Assembly: GCA_965221165.1 (NCBI GenBank)
Contig: CBDCRP010000002.1
Location: forward strand, 960,001 to 1,024,000
Reading direction: 5' to 3'
Origin: a bacterium
GTDB taxonomy: Bacteria > UBA8248
DNA length: 64,000 nt
Each line of letters begins with the position of its first letter. Positions within the stretch are counted from its first letter, which is position 1. A model generated the notes under the pieces. The model was not told where the DNA came from. It did no database searches and saw nothing but the letters and a program-made list of their open reading frames with translations. The position numbers were made by a program, and so were the translations under genes. Positions 59,959 to 64,000 of the stretch are shown here, piece after piece.

Positions 59959-60636
59959 TCAGCCGTTCTTGTTCGGGTTCTGGGCGTCGGGTTCGGGGTA
60001 CTCGTTCGGCCAGTGGTCCACCATCGTCTTGTAGTAGGTCTTGACCTTCCCGCCGTCGAGATGGAGAGATTTCTTGATTTTGTCGACCTCGCGCTGCTCC
60101 TCGAGCGGGATGCCGAGCGAATCCATGAAGCGGTTGAAGAGGTTGAACAGCCCGCTCACCATCGTGAGCTCGACGATCTCGGCTTCCGAGAAATGTTTCC
60201 TCACCTCCTCGAACACGTCGTCTGTCGAACGCGCGGTGTTGAGCGTCACGTGCTCCGCCCACAGGATGGCCGCCTTCTCGCGCGGGGTGAACAGATCCGA
60301 TGCCATGTAGCCGTCCGTGCCGATGACTTCCACCTGCTCGGGGGTGATGCCGGCCGCTTGACCAAGCGACGTGTTGTGCGCGTATCAGTAGGCGCACCCG
60401 TTGAGATGGCTCGTCTTGATGACCACCATCTCCTTGATCTTCGTCTTGAGCAGGCTGCCCCCGCCCTCGCGCTGGAGCGTCGCTATGAAGGGCAGCATGG
60501 CCTTGGCGACGTGGGGGGTCTTGGCCAGCACCCGCATCGAATGCGGGACACGGCCCAGCATGGCGGTGGTGGCCTCATAGAAGCGGGCCACGTCGGCATC
60601 CGCCTCCTCTGGCTGAATCATCTCTATTCTGGACAT
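59959..60636 (-). CDS. AhpD/carboxymuconolactone decarboxylase family selenoprotein (CxxU, Sec84)
   Basis: Two track ORFs join in frame across TGA 60385-60387: KEMVVIKTSHLNGCAY-U-YAHNTSLG...REKAAILWAEHVT..FSEAEIVELT..FNRF. SECIS-like GUCGCUU-GGUC-AAGCGGC. Confidence 0.88.
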
Positions 60637-60744
60637 ACATGTTGTCTCCTGGCTGCGCGCATCATGAGAACATGGGCGCCGTGTTTATCTCGGCCCCAGC
60701 CGCCGGGCGGCGGCGAACAGCCGAATCCTGATAAATTTCTCCCA

Positions 60745-61347
60745 TTATGACCCATCCGCCGCCTCCCGGGCCAGCCACGCGCGGAATTCCGCGAGCGCGA
60801 GCCCCCGGTGGCTGACGCGGTTCTTGACCGCAAGCGGAAGCTCCGAGACGGCGCAGCCGTGCGCGGGCAGATACATGAGCGGGTCGTAACCGAAACCGCC
60901 CGCACCTTGCGGCGTACGCAATATCCGCCCGTTAAGCACACCCTCGAAAAAACCGAACCAACCGCCCGGCTTCACATAGGCCAGCACGCATACGTAGCGT
61001 GCTCCGCGCTCCGCTTCGGCCACGTCGCGCATTTTTTCGAGCAAGAGCGCGTTCCGGCCGGAATCATCCAGCCCGTCGCCGCCGAAGCGCGCGGAGCGGA
61101 CGCCCAGCTCTCCGGGCAGCGCATCCACCTCCACGCCCGAGTCATCGGCGAGCGCGGGCAGGCCGCTCGCATCGCACGCGGCCCGCGCCTTGATGAGCGC
61201 GTTTTCCGCATAGGTGGAACCGGTTTCTTCGACGTCGAAACGGAACCCCGCCTCGGCGGGGAGCAACAGTTCTACGTCCATGCCCAAGAGGGCTGCGCGC
61301 ACCTCGCGCGCCTTTCCGGGATTTCCGCTCGCAAGAACGATCTTCAC
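60745..61347 (-). CDS. rdgB: Non-canonical purine NTP pyrophosphatase
   Basis: ASGNPGK, EETG, ADDSG, GFGYDP and SHRG motifs. GTG start at 61347. Confidence 0.93.
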   Translation of the reverse strand: MKIVLASGNPGKAREVRAALLGMDVELLLPAEAGFRFDVEETGSTYAENALIKARAACDASGLPALADDSGVEVDALPGELGVRSARFGGDGLDDSGRNALLLEKMRDVAEAERGARYVCVLAYVKPGGWFGFFEGVLNGRILRTPQGAGGFGYDPLMYLPAHGCAVSELPLAVKNRVSHRGLALAEFRAWLAREAADGS

Positions 61348-62081
61348 TTCGCGCCGACGTGTGCGGCCTGAACTTCCAGAAGCTCCCCGATGCCCTTTTC
61401 CGCCAGGGCGATCAAGCGGTTCAGATCGCTTTTGCGAAAAGGAGTCTGCTCCGCCGTTCCCTGAAGCTCCACGAAACGGCCCCCGCCGGTCATCACGACG
61501 TTCATGTCCACCTCGGCGTTCGAGTCCTCCGAATAATTCAGATCCAGCATGGGGACGCCCCCGACCACGCCTACGCTCACGGCGGCCACCGCTTCGCGAA
61601 TGGGAGATTCGGCGATGCGCCCATCTGCGAGCATGGCGTTCACCGCGCGCGCCAGGGCCACGTAGCCTCCCGTGATGGCGGCGCACCGCGTGCCGCCGTC
61701 CGCCTGAACCACGTCGCAGTCGATGTAAATCGTCAGCCCACCCATTTTCGAGAGGTCGACTATCGAGCGCATCGAGCGTCCGATCAAACGCTGTATCTCC
61801 TGGCTGCGGCCCGCGCGCGCGCGTTTTCTGTCCACGCGCCAGGGCGAGCTTCCGGGCAGCATGGCGTATTCCGCCGTCACCCACCCCTCGCCCGAATCGC
61901 GCTTGTGGGGCGGCACGCGCTCTTCCACCGAGGCGGTGCACAAGACCCGCGTGTCGCCCACGGAGATGAGGCAGCTTCCCGCGCACGTTTCCACGTAATC
62001 GGCCTCGACGCGTACTTTTCTGTTCTCATCGGAAAGCCTTCCGTCCGCGCGCACTCTCCCGCCCACTCCCTTTCCGGCCAT
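61344..62081 (-). CDS. rph: Ribonuclease PH
   Basis: [27 protein letters not shown] and LQGTAE motifs. Confidence 0.96.
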   Translation of the reverse strand: MAGKGVGGRVRADGRLSDENRKVRVEADYVETCAGSCLISVGDTRVLCTASVEERVPPHKRDSGEGWVTAEYAMLPGSSPWRVDRKRARAGRSQEIQRLIGRSMRSIVDLSKMGGLTIYIDCDVVQADGGTRCAAITGGYVALARAVNAMLADGRIAESPIREAVAAVSVGVVGGVPMLDLNYSEDSNAEVDMNVVMTGGGRFVELQGTAEQTPFRKSDLNRLIALAEKGIGELLEVQAAHVGAK

Positions 62082-62182
62082 GCTCTCTCCTATTGAAAAT
62101 GAACCTCGTTTACAAACGCAGAGGATACTACGGGGGTTTCATGGGGAAATCCAGAGAGATGGGATGAAACCGGCAGCCCTGC

Positions 62183-64000
62183 CTATGCGGCGGGTGCGGT
62201 GTATTTCGTCTCGCGCAAGCCCACGGCGCGCCTCAAGGAGCGGACCACGTTCTGGGCCGCGAGGTAGATACAGGGCACGAGAAAAAGCGTGAACAAGGTG
62301 GAAAGCGAGAGCCCGCTCAACACGACGAGTCCCAAGGGTTTGAGCATCTCAGAACCCTTCCCCCAGCCGCTCGCCAGGGGCGTCAGCGCGATGATGGTGG
62401 TGAGCGTGGTCATCAGAATCGGGCGCAGCCTCGTCGACGCCCCCTCGATGATGGCTTCTCGGATGTCCATGCCGCGTTCTCTCAAGCGCTCGACGTAGTC
62501 GATCATCACGATGGAGTTGTTCACCACGATGCCCACGAGGAGGATGACGCCGATGAGCACCGTCGAGCCGAAGGGCGTGCCGGTGAGATAAAGACCCAGA
62601 AGCGCGCCCGTGAGCGCGGGCGGCACGGCGAAGATGATGACGAAAGGGTTCACGAGCGAGTCGTACTGAACGGCCAGCACCGTGTAGACCAGGAACATCG
62701 CGAGCAGGGCCAGGATGAGCAGTTCGCGGTTCGATTTCTTGAGGTTTTCCTCATCCTCGCCCGGCAGGATGAAGTAGCCCCTCGGCACGTCGACGTCTTT
62801 CAGGCGCGCGCGCACGTCCGAGCTCACGTCGCCCAGGGAGCGGCCCTGTATGTCGCCCGTTATCTGGACGATGCGGTTCTGATCCGTGCGGACGATGACC
62901 GAACTGCCCTGCCCGTAGCGAATGCCCGCCACGTGATGGAGGCGCGTGGAGCGTCCGTCCCGGGGAAACAGGGGCAGGTGCGCCAAATCCTGCTCGCTCG
63001 TAATCTCGGTGTCGGAGAACTTCACGCGCACGGGCACGCGCGTATCCACCCTGTTGATGAACGTGGCTATCGACCCGTCTACCGCCGTGGCCACGGTATC
63101 GCCCACGTCCTCGACGGAGAGGCCGAGTTCCGCCGCGCGCTCCCTGTTCACCTGGATGCGGAACTCAGGCCGGGGCCTGTCCTCGTTCATCTGCACGTTG
63201 TGAAGCCCCGCCACGCCCTGGAGCCTCTCGACGGCTTCTTCCGCGATGCGGTTGAGCGTGGGCAAATCCTCGCCCCGAACGCCCAGGGAGAAGCTCTTGT
63301 TGTGCCGGGTGTTGGAGGTGCGCAGGCCGCGCACCCTGCTTTTGAAGGCGTAAATCCGCGCGTCGGGATACGTCATCCGCGCGATCCGGGGCCTCAGTTT
63401 CTTCAGGTAGTCGAACACGCTCACGTCTTCTTTGAGCGTCACGTCGATTCTCCCCCGGGAGGCGGAGGGCGAAAAATTCCGGCCGAAGAGACGCCCCCCC
63501 GCCGTGGCGAACACCTTATCCACGACGGGGTCGCGCACGAGCATGTCGTGAATCTCGCGCGTCACCCGTTTGGTGTATTCGAGGGTGCCGCCAGGGGAGA
63601 AGCGGATGTCCACCGAGATGCGCCCATCATCCACCTGGGGCAGGAGTTCGTTCCCCAGTCTGCCGATGAGCGTGTAGCTGCTCGCGCAGACGGCCAGGGC
63701 GAGGATGATGACCACCCAGCGGAGCGTGAGCACGGGTCCCAGGATATAGCGGTAGACCCGGTTGGCGAGATCGACGAACCAGAGAAACAGGCGGAAGAGC
63801 GGAAAGCGGCTTAAACCGCTGCTCATCGGTATCTGCAGGAGCCGGGCGGAGAGCATGGCCACGACAGTGAGGCCGACCAGGAGGCTGCAGATGAACGCCA
63901 GCGTGATGGTGAGTATCAACTCGCGGAACAGGAGCGCCACGTAGCCCGAGATGAGCAGAAACGGCATCACGGCGGCCACGTTCGTGAGCGTGGAGGCCAC
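62183..64000 (-). CDS. RND efflux permease (AcrB family), 5' part outside the window
   Basis: GIVVNNSI and RLRPILMT motifs with RND TM pattern. Confidence 0.92.
   Translation of the reverse strand: MASTLTNVAAVMPFLLISGYVALLFRELILTITLAFICSLLVGLTVVAMLSARLLQIPMSSGLSRFPLFRLFLWFVDLANRVYRYILGPVLTLRWVVIILALAVCASSYTLIGRLGNELLPQVDDGRISVDIRFSPGGTLEYTKRVTREIHDMLVRDPVVDKVFATAGGRLFGRNFSPSASRGRIDVTLKEDVSVFDYLKKLRPRIARMTYPDARIYAFKSRVRGLRTSNTRHNKSFSLGVRGEDLPTLNRIAEEAVERLQGVAGLHNVQMNEDRPRPEFRIQVNRERAAELGLSVEDVGDTVATAVDGSIATFINRVDTRVPVRVKFSDTEITSEQDLAHLPLFPRDGRSTRLHHVAGIRYGQGSSVIVRTDQNRIVQITGDIQGRSLGDVSSDVRARLKDVDVPRGYFILPGEDEENLKKSNRELLILALLAMFLVYTVLAVQYDSLVNPFVIIFAVPPALTGALLGLYLTGTPFGSTVLIGVILLVGIVVNNSIVMIDYVERLRERGMDIREAIIEGASTRLRPILMTTLTTIIALTPLASGWGKGSEMLKPLGLVVLSGLSLSTLFTLFLVPCIYLAAQNVVRSLRRAVGLRETKYTAPAA

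Noticed and set aside
60385-60387. Nonsense mutation or genetic code 4/25 as the explanation for the in-frame TGA
   Set aside because: TGA serves as a normal stop in many genes here. Both read-through cases fall on catalytic Cys positions and have SECIS-like hairpins.

Overview
This is a GC-rich bacterial chromosomal window, mostly catabolic, transport and housekeeping genes, with four tRNAs. The main feature is a ~16 kb island (36.35-52.3 kb) bounded by tRNA-Arg(TCG) and a direct repeat of its 3' end. The island carries one ten-gene + strand cluster: a cupredoxin-motif protein, two diheme cytochrome c peroxidases, a Tat-exported Rieske subunit and an AioA/IdrA-family molybdoenzyme (together the iodate reductase idrP-idrP-idrB-idrA layout). 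These are followed by a monoheme cytochrome c, a GltD-like FAD/Fe-S NAD(P) oxidoreductase, a second Rieske protein, a fused cytochrome b6/subunit IV and a tetraheme cytochrome c. It looks like an Idr-type enzyme with its own anammox-style flavoprotein-Rieske/cytochrome b complex. A TRAP transporter lies convergent to it. The ORF track misses or splits several features: two selenoproteins with in-frame UGA and SECIS-like hairpins (SelD, and an AhpD/CMD protein with CxxU), a 32-aa membrane peptide, a class IV aminotransferase at the left edge, a 3-hydroxyacyl-CoA dehydrogenase remnant, a MITE-like element and a GTAG-type REP cluster. A DehI-like dehalogenase, a Cys-rich MarR with an ArsP-like permease, hipBA and an orphan higA lie to the right of the island. 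All calls are by eye from motifs; no database searches were run.
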